A DNA stretch of 64,000 bases from Tubulanus polymorphus. Lineage: Eukaryota > Animalia > Nemertea. Both the position numbers and the translations under genes were made by a program. The stretch's first letter is position 1; the number at the start of each line of letters is the position of its first letter. The notes below the pieces were generated by a model. That model was not told where the DNA came from, searched no databases, and worked only from the letters and a program-made list of their open reading frames with translations. This document shows positions 46,506 to 59,347 of the stretch, piece after piece. Location of the stretch: assembly GCF_964204645.1 (NCBI RefSeq), contig NC_134034.1:1116001-1180000 (forward strand). The letters run 5' to 3'.

Positions 46506-49384
46506 ACACTGTACATCCCCACAGGATTTACAAACTGTATTACAATTGACTAAGATATGAAAACCGACAAACGATGAGAGTGGAAAACCTTCCCTCACCC
46601 CCTCGCACTAGAACTGAGTGGATATGGCGTCTGATAGTAGAGAATTGAGTGATTCCCCTCGAGGATTGTGTCTTACTGATAACCACTGTTCAGCGTTTAC
46701 GATCCGCGTCTCAATGCAATGAATACCAATTCTCACAAATGACGTCGGATTTTTTTTGTTTGTTCGAGAAATGAAGATACAATGCACTTAAATCATCCTC
46801 CCAGCTACATCTCGTCTTCATTCAAAAAAACTGTGCGAGTTGGAGGAAAAGAGAGGAATGAGAGAAGAGAGGAGGGAGGGAGGGAAAGAAGAGAGGCAGA
46901 AGAGACTGAAAGAGAGGAGGGAGGGAAGGAGAGAAGGAAAGAAGAGAGGGAAGAGGGGGAGAAAGGAAAATAAGAGAGGAAAGAGAGGAAGAGTGAAAGG
47001 ATCTAGGGTAGGGAGGTAGAGGGAGAGAGGGAAAGAGGAAACCGAAGAGGGAGAGGAGACTGAGAGGAGAGTGAAGAGAGGGAGAGAGGAGGAAGGAGAG
47101 AGGGAGAGAGGAGGGAGAGGAACTAGAGGAGAGGGGAGAGGAAGAGGGAGGAAGGAGGGAGGGAAGAGGGAGAGAGGAGGGAGGGAAGAGAGGGGAAAGA
47201 GGAAGAGGGAGGGAAGAGAGAGGGAGAAAGGGGGAAGAGAGGGGGAAGAGGAATGAGGGGGAAGAACATAAAGCAAGTCTCGGGCAATTGAACCAATTTA
47301 CCGATCAAACGCCTGATCATAAAATCAGTCGCCATAGCAACAATTGAAATATCATTGATAATGTCATCTATCAATTTCCTGTAGCAAGTAAAGATCGGAC
47401 GAACGAACGCATGAAGCCACGCGACTAACGGCACGTGCCGAGTTAAATAAACCATTGTGTCAATCGCATTTCACCGCGCAATCGTCATCCGATTCCTCGT
47501 TTTTATCTTACCCGAGTCCGGATCATCAATCCAGCCGCGAAACCGTTGACAAATAGATGTTTCACGTTTTTTTAAAGAAAATTTCGATATTTTCTTATTT
47601 CAATTCAATAAATGTGAAAATTATGACGGGAATTCTCCGGAACATTATAGAAATAACAGGTCTAGTTTCACTGAATCTGAATAGACTTACACCGATCATA
47701 AGTGAAAACCTTGAAACTGGACCAAACTAAGAGAGATAAGAGAGAGGGAGTGAGAGGTGAGGGGGTGAGAGAAGAGAGAGAGGGAGAGAGAAGCTGGTAG
47801 GCGCGTCTGCTGCAGGCAAACGACATCAGGTCATCAATCACTGTGTGTCACATTAACTACAACCAACTAGAAATAGAGAACATCATCTTAATGGCTCTCT
47901 CTCCTCTCTCCCTCTCTCCCTCTCTCCCTCTCTCTCCTCTCTCCCCTCTCCTCTCCCCTTCTCTCTCCTCTCTCCCCTCCCCTTCTCTCTCCTCTCCCCA
48001 GCTCTCACTCCCCTCTCTCCTCTCTCCTATCTCTCCTCTCTCCTCTCTCCCTCTCTCCAGCTCTCTCTCTCCCCTCTCTCCTCCCTCTCCTCTCCGCTCC
48101 CCAGCTCTCCCTCATTCTTTCCCTCTGTTTTCTCTTCTCCCTCCTCACTTTTGCTCTTCTCCCCTCTCCCCACCTCCCCTATCCCCTCACGTCTATCTCC
48201 CCTCTCCCCTCTCACTCCCCTCACTCCACCTCCCCCTCTTGCCCTACTCGTACTCAGCAGAACACATTTCAAGTTCGTACAGATAACTAAACCATACGCA
48301 GAGAAACAGAAGAGAGCAGCAAACTGTCAAACTAGTGACGACTATTAGATTGTTACATGATAAATTACCCTCAACTCTTCATCACAGTGAGTCACAGTTG
48401 AGTCGACTCCGGAGTCATTCGGTACAAAAACTATCGTCAGTCGAGGGACATGACGAAAACCAGAAATACCAGAGAGTTACTACGCACACGACCACAATTA
48501 TACCCGCAGCCAACCACTATAGATTACTCGGAGCCAACCACTATAGATTAATATAATTTCTCATAGTCATTCACTATAGAAGGGACAGATCTGAAAATCA
48601 CGATATGAATATTCTTGGAGCCACCCGCTAGAGGGGGATGGATGGATCTAAATATCATGATATTGATATTCTTGGAGCCACCCACTAGAGAAGGGGATGG
48701 ATCTAAATATGATTTTGATATCCTTGGAGCCACCCACTAGAGAAGGATCTAAATATCATGATTTTGATATCCTTGGAGCCACCCACTAGAGAAGGATCTT
48801 AATATCATGATTTTGATATCCTTGGAGCCACCCACTAGAGAAGGATCTAAATATCATGATTTTGATATTCTCGGAGCCATCCATTATGAAGAAATATGAA
48901 TGACACGATAAATAAAGACCTTCCCAATCTCGATGATTTAAACTATTCAGCAGTAAAATTATTATCAGAAGTTACTAAGTTGCAAATATCGTCGAACCAG
49001 AGTTAAAGCAACGCGCAACAAGAGGACTGTCGAGTTGCGAGAGGACTCTCGAGTCACGGCGTATCCGACAGTTAAATACCAATATTTAGACGAAGACTTG
49101 TCGAAGTTCATTTATTTATATTTGCTTTAATTACCAGTTTCACTAATGACATTTTAATGATTCTACGTTAACGAGTTTCGTCATACGTCAACCACCCCCC
49201 CACTCCCTATCACCTCCCTCCCCCCTCGGGTCCGGTGATTATTATTGTCAGATGAAAGTGCGTTTAGTTGTAAATGTCAGGAAATTAACGACATCTAATG
49301 AATATTCAATTGTACCTGAGTTTTACTAGTTTTACACGTAGTCATATATTCCTATATATATATATATATCCTGCATTCCATACT

Positions 49385-50867
49385 CTCTACCCCTCTCCAC
49401 TCCTTCCCTCTCTCCCTCCCCCTCTCCCTCCCCTCTCCTTTCCCTACCTCTCCCCTCCTCTCTCCTTCCCTCTCTCCCTCCCTCTCTCCCTAGCTTTCCT
49501 CCCCCCACCTCTCTCCCCTCTCCTCTCCCTACCTCTCCCCTCTCCTCTCCCCTCTCCCTCCCCTCTCCTCTCCCCTCTCCCTCCCCTCTCCTCTCCCTAC
49601 CTCTCCCTCCCCATCTCCCTATCTCTCCCCTCTCCTCTCCCCTCTCCCTCCCTCTCCTCTCCCTACCTCTCCCTCCCCATCTCCCTATCTCTCCCCTCTC
49701 CTCTCCCTACCTCTCCCTCCCCATCTCCCTATCTCTCCCTCTCCTCTCCCTACCTCTCCTCTCCCCTCTCCCTCCCCTCTCCCCTCCCTACCTCTCCCCT
49801 CTCCTCTCCTCTCTCCTTCCCTCTCTCCCTAGCTTTCCTCCCCCTCCCCCTACCTCTCTCCCCTCTCCTCTCCCTACCTCTCTCCCTTCTCCTCTCCCTC
49901 TCCATCCCCCTCTCCTCTCCCTACCTCTCCTCTCCCCTCTCCCTCCCCTCTCCTCTCCCTACCTCTCCCTCCCCATCTCCCTATCTCTCCCCTCTCCTCT
50001 CCCTACCTCTCCTCCCCCCTCTCCCTCCCCTCTCCCCTCCCTACCTCTCCCCTCTCCTCTCCTCTCTCCCTCCCCTCTCCTCTCCCTACCTCTCCCTCCC
50101 CATCTCCCTATCTCTCCCCTCTCCTCTCCCTACCTCTCCTCTCCCCTCTCCTCTCCCCTCTCCTCTCCCCTCTCCCTCCCCTCTCCCCTCCCTACCTCTC
50201 CCCTCTCCTCTCCTCTCTCCTTCCCTCTCTCCCTAGCTTTCCTCCCCCTCCCCCTACCTCTCTCCCCTCTCCTCTCCCTACCTCTCTCCCTTCTCCTCTC
50301 CCTCTCCATCCCCCTCTCCTCTCCCTACCTCTCCTCTCCCCTCTCCCTCCCCTCTCCTCTCCCTACCTCTCCCTCCCCATCTCCCTATCTCTCCCCTCTC
50401 CTCTCCCTACCTCTCCTCTCCCCTCTCCCTCCCCTCTCCCCTCCCTACCTCTCCCCTCTCCTCTCCTCTCTCCTTCCCTCTCTCCCTAGCTTTCCTCCCC
50501 CTCCCCCTACCTCTCTCCCCTCTCCTCTCCCTACCTCTCTCCCTTCTCCTCTCCCTCTCCATCCCCCTCTCCTCTCCCTACCTCTCCTCTCCCCTCTCCC
50601 TCCCCTCTCCTCTCCCTACCTCTCCCTCCCCATCTCCCTATCTCTCCCCTCTCCTCTCCCTACCTCTCCTCTCCCCTCTCCCTCCCCTCTCCCCTCCCTA
50701 CCTCTCCCCTCTCCTCTCCTCTCTCCTTCCCTCTCTCCCTAGCTTTCCTCCCCCTCCCCCTACCTCTCTCCCCTCTCCTCTCCCTACCTCTCCCCTCTCC
50801 TCTCCCTACCTCTCTCCCTTCTCCTCTCCCTCTCCATCCCCCTCTCCTCTCCCTACCTCTCTCCCCT
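49385..50867 (+). repeat. 1.5-kb polypyrimidine/polypurine tract with ~252-bp higher-order repeat
   Basis: Recurrent CCCTAGCTTTCCTCC landmarks. Confidence 0.88.
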
Positions 50868-53800
50868 CGGAGGATCGAGTCATGGAGACTGTAATGTCCT
50901 GGAGACTTTGTGACTATAGAGTCAGAGTATAGACTGTCAATAGGAGTCAACACGAGCGCTTTATTTCAAAATGGAGTCAACATGATTAAAAAGTGCCTTA
51001 TTTCAAAATTTCGAATGGCAATAATACGATAAACACGGTCTGGATCGGAGGCTGAAATATAGACGAGAGAGTTCGGTCCGTCCCGCTACAGGAAACACCA
51101 TACAAACACATATACATCACCACATACAACCCGGCCAGCATATACAATCACCATGGTAACGGCATCCCAAATGAAAGGTCCTGATTAGCATGAAGCTAAC
51201 TGCAGCGAGGATATCCGGGGATCGGGAGAGATGACTCAACCCGCGCCTCACACCGTCCGCTCGCTCGCTCGTCCGTCCGTCTGCCCGGACGGGACGAACG
51301 GCTTTTAAAAATTAACGACTTCGTGAAATTACTGTCGGCAAACGGATGGTCGTAAAAATAGTATTAACGGTCGAGTGAATTCCGAGATGGGACGCGACGC
51401 GACAATCGCGAGAATTTATTTTATTTATTGAAGACGGTTTTCGTCGTCGTCGTCGTAACTCGAGGAATTTTCAATAGAGATAATTTTCAAGTTTATACGT
51501 AAAAAAGTCTGTCTGCGGTCAGCATGAAAACACTCTCCCTCTCCCTTTCTCATATCCATCATCTCACAAAAACTAGGTCCAGAACTGAGGAACTCACTCC
51601 AAAACTGTGGAACTAGTCCTGGGATTGTGGAACTAGGTCCTGGATTGTGGAACTGGCTCCTGGGATTAGGGAACTAGGTCCTGGGATGGTGGAACTAGGT
51701 CCTGGATTGTGGAACTGGCTCCTGGGATTGTCAAACTGGGTCCTGGATTGTGGAACTGGCTCCTGGGATTGTGGAACTGGGTTCTGGATTGAGGAACTGG
51801 ATCCAGAACTGTGGAACTGGGTTCAGAAGAGAGAGGAGAGAGGATACAATAGGGCACTTGAGTTAATGACAAATTACATTCAGTAAGGTCTGAGCGAGAG
51901 AGAGAGAGAGAGAAGCCTGCAGTGAGTAATTCAGAGTAAATATAATCATCAGCCGAGAGTGAAGACGACAGACGACATTAAGCGAATTATTCCTAAACCA
52001 ACAACACTCCACACATACTTAAACAGATGATCTGTTCGAAACATTAAAAACAACATGAAATATCAACTTCAATAATGACTCGTTATGGAAGTGGGATTTA
52101 TGCAATTTGAAAGGGAGGAAGGGGAGGAGGAAGGGAGGTGAGCGGAGGAAGAGGGAGGTAGAATACAGTGAGGGGAGGAAGGAGGCAGTGAGGGGAGGTA
52201 GGAGGCAGTGAGGGGAGGTAGGAGGCGGTGAGGGGAGAGACGAGAGGGAGAGAAAAATATAAAATCTAAACATCTCCCCTCAGTCTACTCTTTAATGCGT
52301 CTGCTTACGAGCTCATCTGCCCTCTAGTCCATCATATTAGTCTGTCTGTTCACTAGTCCGTCTGCTAGCTAGTCCGTCTGCTCACTAGTCCATCTGTTCA
52401 CTAGTCCGTCTGTTCACTAGTCCGTCTGCTCACTAGTCCGTCTGTTCACTAGTCCGTCTGCCGAAGTCATCAATATGCAAATCAGACAATGTAAAATATA
52501 AATTTGATTGGTACAGATAAAGAAGTTCTTTCTGCGTTGTTTATGACGACGTTTTGAAGACCGTGTAAATTACGGTTTAATCAAGATCCTATTACAAGAT
52601 TCACGATTAATCGGGTACCAAGGGGAAGGGATGCTGGGGAGGGGATGCTGAAAGAAGGGGATGCTGAAGGGACGGGGTACCAAGGGGAAGGGGTACCGAG
52701 GGGATGGGGGATCCAGGAGTTCACTAGGGGGAGGGGGATCCAGGAGTTCACTAGGGGGAAAGGAAAGTGAGAGAAGCCCGCTCCCCGGCATCTGAAGAGA
52801 AGCCCGCTCCCCGGCATCTGAAGAGAAGCCCGCTCCCCGGCAACTGAAGAGAAGCCCGCTCCCCGGCAACTGAGAGGAGGGAGAGAGCAAGACAAAAAAA
52901 CAGATCGGTTAAGAACGGATGATGCTTCGGAAGGTTTAGTTCTAGACCAGTGAACCCGGAGACATGCACGCACGCTACGTCAAAAACTGATCAACCACAG
53001 CCGCGTGACGTGAGTTACCGGCACGCACCACCAGAGGGCATGACTAACAGTCGTCATAGAGATCTGTCACAATTAGTTCATTTTCATCGATCAACTTTAA
53101 ACTGCCAGGCGTTTTTAATTGATTTATTTGAAAGCAAGAAAAATTGATTCAATTTTAAGTGAAATGCGGAAAACATCGAAGAGCAACTACTAGCTACACC
53201 TGGTGGATCCTCACTTGCCACAAGTGGAATCCTCTATAACTGCAGTAGTCAATGTCCTACCGCACACTAGCGACACCTGGTGGATTCTCACTTGCCACAA
53301 GTGGAATCCTTGGAAATCAACTACTGCGGCAATATGATTTCAATTGTGACAGGATCCACCAGGGGTGTCGCTAGTGTGCTGTAGGACATCTAGTAGCAGT
53401 AAAATGATCTCACTTATGGCAAGTGAGGTTGGTTAAGAGCGCCACCTCCCGTCTACTGATAAGTGCCCAGCTAAACTCATCAAGTCTAGAACAGAGCAGC
53501 TCATGTTGCCATGACGACAAATGTATTTAACGTCAAATCGAGGTGGGGAACGCAATAATCAATGTCGTTTACGTTGGTTTTTAAATTTGATTAATTATTA
53601 ATTAGCGATTGAGGTTCGTTGGCACGGTGTGAGAGGCGTCCTACGCGCTCTAAATCGCGAAATCCGAAATTACCACCCCTTAGTTCCCTTAGTATTTTGG
53701 ATATGTTGTATCTAGGGCCAATAGTTGAATTTTGTCGAGACACCTTTTTGAATTTCAAACCCGTTACGAGATCATCTACAAGGTCATGTCACTGAAAAAC

Positions 53801-53908
53801 AGTTTTTAGGGCCTAGTAATGCTACTAGGTGGTGCACCGGGCCTAATCTTTGCACTGAACAACTAGATCCTGATAGTAACATTGTACCGAAATTTTATCA
53901 TTTCCATG

Positions 53909-54722
53909 TCAGGCAGGTCTAGAGTAGTATCAGGCAGGTCTAGGGTAGTATCAGGCAGGTCTAGAGTAGTATCAGGCAGGTCTAGGGTAGTATCAGGCAG
54001 GTCTAGAGTAGTATCAGGCAGGTCTAGAGTAGTATCAGGCAGGTCTAGGGTAGTATCAGGCAGGTCTAGAGTAGTATCAGGCAGGTCTAGAGTAGTATCA
54101 GGCAGGTCTAGAGTAGTATCAGGCAGGTCTAGAGTAGTATCAGGCAGGTCTAGGGTAGTATCAGGCAGGTCTAGAGTAGTATCAGGCAGGTCTAGAGTAG
54201 TATCAGGCAGGTCTAGGGTAGTATCAGGCAGGTCTAGAGTAGTATCAGGCAGGTCTAGAGTAGTATCAGGCAGGTCTAGAGTAGTATCAGGCAGGTCTAG
54301 AGTAGTATCAGGCAGGTCTAGAGTAGTATCAGGCAGGTCTAGAGTAGTATCAGGCAGGTCTAGAGTAGTATCAGGCAGGTCTAGAGTAGTATCAGGCAGG
54401 TCTAGAGTAGTATCAGGCAGGTCTAGGGTAGTATCAGGCAGGTCTAGGGTAGTATCAGGCAGGTCTAGAGTAGTATCAGGCAGGTCTAGAGTAGTATCAG
54501 GCAGGTCTAGAGTAGTATCAGGCAGGTCTAGAGTAGTATCAGGCAGGTCTAGAGTAGTATCAGGCAGGTCTAGAGTAGTATCAGGCAGGTCTAGAGTAGT
54601 ATCAGGCAGGTCTAGAGTAGTATCAGGCAGGTCTAGAGTAGTATCAGGCAGGTCTAGAGTAGTATCAGGCAGGTCTAGAGTAGTATCAGGCAGGTCTAGA
54701 GTAGTATCAGGCAGGTCTAGGG
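53909..54722 (+). repeat. 21-bp satellite (TCAGGCAGGTCTAGAGTAGTA)
   Basis: About 39 near-identical units. Confidence 0.95.
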
Positions 54723-54934
54723 TTGTGTATATTTATCTAAGGCGCTTGCTATGATTGGTGTTTAAAGTGATCATGTTTTATTCATGTTCACAGATGGTTT
54801 CTAGTAGAACAGTTCTCACAATATCTACGCATGCGGCCGCAGCCACTGAGAATTCACAAACAATCTCCCCTGACAGATTTCTGATTGTGAGTTCATGTGT
54901 ACCATCCTGAGCCTGCATACAGCAACCACAGCTA

Positions 54935-55328
54935 TCCACCACAAGTGGAATCCTATATTGCCGCAGTAGTTGATGTCGTACTGCACACAAGCGACACCTG
55001 GTGGATCCTCACTTGCCGCTAGTGGAATCCTCTATTGCCGCAGTAGTTGATGTCGTACTGCACACAAGCGACACCTGGTGGATCCTCACTTCCCACAAGT
55101 GGAATCCTCTATTGCCGCAGTAGTTGATGTCGTACTGCACACAAGCGACACCTGGTGGATCCTCACTTGCCACAAGTGGAATCCTCTATTGCCGCAGTAG
55201 TTGGTGTCCTACGACACACTAGCGACACCTGGTGGATCCTCACTTCCCACAAGTGGAATCCTCTATTGCCGCAGTAGTTGATGTCCTACTGCACACAAGC
55301 GACACCTGGTGGATCCTCACTTCCCACA
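54935..55328 (-). repeat. 77-bp minisatellite, inverted copy
   Basis: About 5 units. Confidence 0.9.
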
Positions 55329-58300
55329 GTAGCCTTAGCATGACCCCGCTTCGACGTAAAAAAAAGTCAATGAAAGAAAATCTCATATTTTCTATCGACG
55401 TATTTTCGCGCATCAAAATGAAACGATTAATTTTTACACGGCGACGACGACGACGACGATGAAAACCAGCGACAAATAAATTAATATTAATTAATCTACT
55501 TTCACCGCGCGTTTAACAACTGGTGCCAGCGAACCCGACCCCCGACCTGTCGGTGTCTAAAGCCTTCATTTATACAAATGTCATCGATAATAAAAAACTC
55601 TCCGTTCGTTCCTTCGTCCGTCTGCTGCTCGACGAGGCTCGAGCTCGAAAAAGCTTTTAGTCGTCGACGTTGATTCAATGTTTGAACGATGATTTATTCA
55701 CGTTTCATTTCCGGTTATAACGAGTTTTATTTATCGCGCGCACACGCGTTTTTTTTCTATTATTCACCTCGAATTAACGCCTCTCATTACCTCTTACCAC
55801 CTCTCACTACTACCTCTCACTATTGCCTCTCACTACCTCTCACCACCTCTCACTACTACCTCTCACTATTGCCTCTCACTACCTCTCACCACCTCTCACT
55901 ACTACCACTCACCACCTCTCACTACTACCACTCACCACCTCTCACTACTGCCTCTTACTACCTCTCACTACCTCTCACCACCTCTCACTACTACCACTCA
56001 CCACCTCTCACTACTGCCTCTCACTACCTCTCACATTACCTCTCACCACCTCTCACAAATGCCACAACGTAGATTTATGAATATCGCGTGGACCCCACGG
56101 GTTGTTTAGTATAGGACTGTTGTAGAATATCCATCGATCCAGTGAAATCAAGGCGCGCCACTTTTATCAGATTTGCTTGTTCACGACAATTCTCTGTTTG
56201 TACCTGACTTGATATGTCGAGAAACATGTACAATTAGAAAACAACGAAACATGTACATGTTTAGAAAACATGTGTAAAAGATACATGTACACGAACATGC
56301 ACATGTTTAGACAAATCACTGATTTCAGCACCGAGTGCTCATAAAATTAGTACTTCAAGCATTTCATCTCCTGACAGGGAGTTGGAGAGCTATATGTTGG
56401 AGATCCATATGTTGGAGAGCGCTAGAGTTCAGAAAGGTCACGGCCCGAGTCATGACAACAAAAACAATGTCTTCAATGACTGGCGGCAACCCGATATTAA
56501 ATTTCACTATGACGATTTCAAACTATTAAAATATTTACAACGAGCATCAAAGGGTATGAGAGTGGAACAAGAGGCTGATGTCGGTTTGTCCGTCTGTCCG
56601 TCTGTCGGTCTGTCGGTCTGCTAAACCCGCAATATCAACAACGTATCAATAATTCAGTCGTTTTTATCGAACTGCGATCGATTTTCAAACATCGTTAAAG
56701 TTTTATCGAGTTTCGCGCGCGCAGCAGCGAGCACACGTACGGCACACGTACGAGACGATCGTGCGTATTGAATAATGGATGTTATATACGCGGGCGTGTG
56801 CGCGCGGTTTACCGATACACGTGTGCCTATTATAACCTAGAAAATACCCGACTATTCCCTGAGATGCACATTGTTTTCCTTGTCTTGATCCGCTAAGAAT
56901 CCAATCGATTAACACAGTCAAATACTTAAGACACAGACAGAAACTGTTTGATTTTACACGCGATCTAGAAATCTCAACAAAATTCCCTGACTATTTTAAA
57001 GAAATTACCCCCACTATTCCCTGACATGTAAGTTGTTTTCCCTGATCTGATCTGCTAAGAATCCAATCAATAACACAGTCAAATACATAAGACTAAGATG
57101 GAAATTGTTTGATTTTAAGCGCAATATCAACAAATTTCCACGACTTATCCCTGATTTTTAGCTTTCCTCAACTTTTTTCAAAAAAGAAGAAAATTCGCAG
57201 ACTTTAACCACGGATTTTAAGTAGATAAGTGACCGTTGCCACCGTACCGAGTGGTTCTACCGGAAATCAATCGATGCTCGAACGATTAACGTTTAGCGCT
57301 TAACGTTTCTATGGTTTTTATCTCTGATAATAAAAAATCATCGTCGTCACGACGATAAAACCCGACAATAAACAACTCCGTGTTTTTTATCGATAACGAG
57401 TGTCGTATTGCGGCAGACGGAGCCATCCTCCCGATTCAAGCAGACGGAGCCATCATCCAGATTCAAGCAGACGGAGCCATCCTCCAGATTCAAGCAGACA
57501 GAGGCCTCCTCCAGATTCAAGCAGACGGAGGCCTCCTCCGTTTTATCTCCATGAAACACCCGTTAACTGATCTCAGGTGGCGCTAGTAGCCGCAATTTCA
57601 AAAGGCGCTATCAATAATTAAGATTTTTAATCAACTTTTTTCGAAAAAAAAAGTCGCGGCAACATTTTACATAATTCATATCGACGCGTGGCAATTGAAA
57701 ATTTTATGATTCATAAAAATAATGAAACTATTAACGATGATTACAACTGTCGAGGTCTCACGGGTAGAATCAGGGTCTCACGGGTAAAATCAGAACCTTG
57801 TATGATTTTTTTAAAATATCGAATTTAGTTCCTATTTGAGCGTTTTTCTAAAATCAACTTTTTCCAAGTCCGGGGATAAATTGTATTATCTCGCTAGAAT
57901 ACATAGAACCTTAGAGGGAGAGGAGTAGGAGGGAGGGAGGGAGGGAGGGAGGGGAGGAGGGGAGGGAGGAAAGAGGAGAGAGAAGAAAGAGGAGAGGGCT
58001 TCCAATGTTGCCATCAGTTGCGTCTGCCTCGACGTGGCCCACGCTGTATAGCAGACGCCCGCGCTCTATAGCAGACGCCCGCGCTCTATAGCAGACGCTT
58101 GCGTATAATTCAAACCGGCGTTTGACAAATTGAAGCAAACATCGCGAGCGAATACGAAACCCTGGGAATTCACGACGAGCAAAATACAAAAAAAAATACA
58201 TCCAGCACAAAAATTTGAATAATTGCTTGAATTAATGTCGTAGACGTTCCTCGGGACTCTCTGTGTATGTTTCATTACCACACAGGAATTCAAGCCATAA

Positions 58301-58630
58301 ACAGTCAATATTAGTAGTTTATTCAGCGAACCCCCCTCCGGGGAGGGAGGGGAGACCGTGGGGGGAAGGGGGTTTATTTGTTTAAATCAAACGTTCGTAT
58401 ATCGTAACCGTGTGAAATCTCACAGGAGAATTCCGCGAGATTTTAAGAACCGATACGCGAACGGCACGCGTTCCATCGCGCCGGATCCAGCCTTCATTTT
58501 TGAGTTGACGTTTGATTCGTTAAAAACGTTAAATCATAAATGAACTTATTTGAACCGGAGCGCGAAATATCAACTCAGATTTACCGACTCGATGAAACTC
58601 AAATCTTTAACTCAAGATCAGATTTGTATC

Positions 58631-58833
58631 AAGGCTGAAATAAAACGATACCCTGTTGCTCCTAAACGGCCGGGTCACTTTTGTAAAACTGCAATAAAAT
58701 TTGTAATCAGTTGATTTCTGTAACTGCCGGGTCTGTTATTGTCAGCTTGATCATGATTTTTAAAAGTAATGTACAGGGTAGAGATAGGCGGCTGCGGTCA
58801 ACTCAGCAGAAATGAGAGAAACAAAGTATCAAT
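58631..58833 (+). mobile_element. ~200-bp MITE-like repeat
   Basis: GATACCCTGTTGCTC...GAGAAACAAAGTATC termini; inverted copy at 62756-62952. Confidence 0.6.
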
Positions 58834-58994
58834 TTCTTTAGCCTGATAGACTGAGTTTATCCATAGACAACTGTGTAACTGGATTCTGACAAATGGATGT
58901 CACGTTAGAAGGAAATTTCATCGTCATAAGAGCGAGTTCCTCTCGCAACTAGTGAGACGACAGTTCTGGCATACAGACGTACGGCTAAGTGAGT

Positions 58995-59347
58995 TTAACC
59001 TCATCCTCCCCCGGCAGGGATTCGAACCTGATGGCATCGAGATTGCCACGGCACGAAACCCTGCCATAATCGACCGTGTGCGCAGATACATGCGCAGTTC
59101 AGATGATGTGATTTTTAGCCAATCAGAAATCCCGTTTTATTTTAACCCGGGGTTTTCCCATTTATAGTTCATCCTTGAAATTTGCCTCAACGATTATACA
59201 ACGAGCAATCTGATTAGTGCCGCCAGTTTTCGTTCGGAAAGCTGCGCATGTACCTGCGCACCCGGTCTACTGATGCAGGGGTTCGTGCCGTGGCTGAGTG
59301 TAGCGATGCCATCAGGTGCGAGTCCCTGCAGAGGGAGGATGGTTTAA
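58995..59347. mobile_element. TTAA-flanked MITE with ~100-bp imperfect TIRs
   Basis: 59002-59098 pairs with 59240-59342; TTAA at both ends. Confidence 0.65.

Noticed and set aside
41471-50236. Long Leu/Ser/Pro ORFs (350, 152, 147 and 312 aa)
   Set aside because: Low-complexity CT-rich tracts
52790-52870. CTGAAGA repeats as hammerheads (also 13380, 36068, 43273, 60093)
   Set aside because: No stem II closed by GAAA and no stem I
53882-54754. 290-aa SGRSRVV ORF
   Set aside because: 21-bp satellite without stops; no splice or domain support
54778-54935. Short minus-strand ORF ending at AATAAA
   Set aside because: Starts inside the 77-bp repeat and shows no recognisable homology
56378-56553. 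Plus-strand exon candidate (cag|GGAG...AAGG|gtatg)
   Set aside because: No recognisable protein and no partner exons; looks more like TF-motif-rich non-coding DNA
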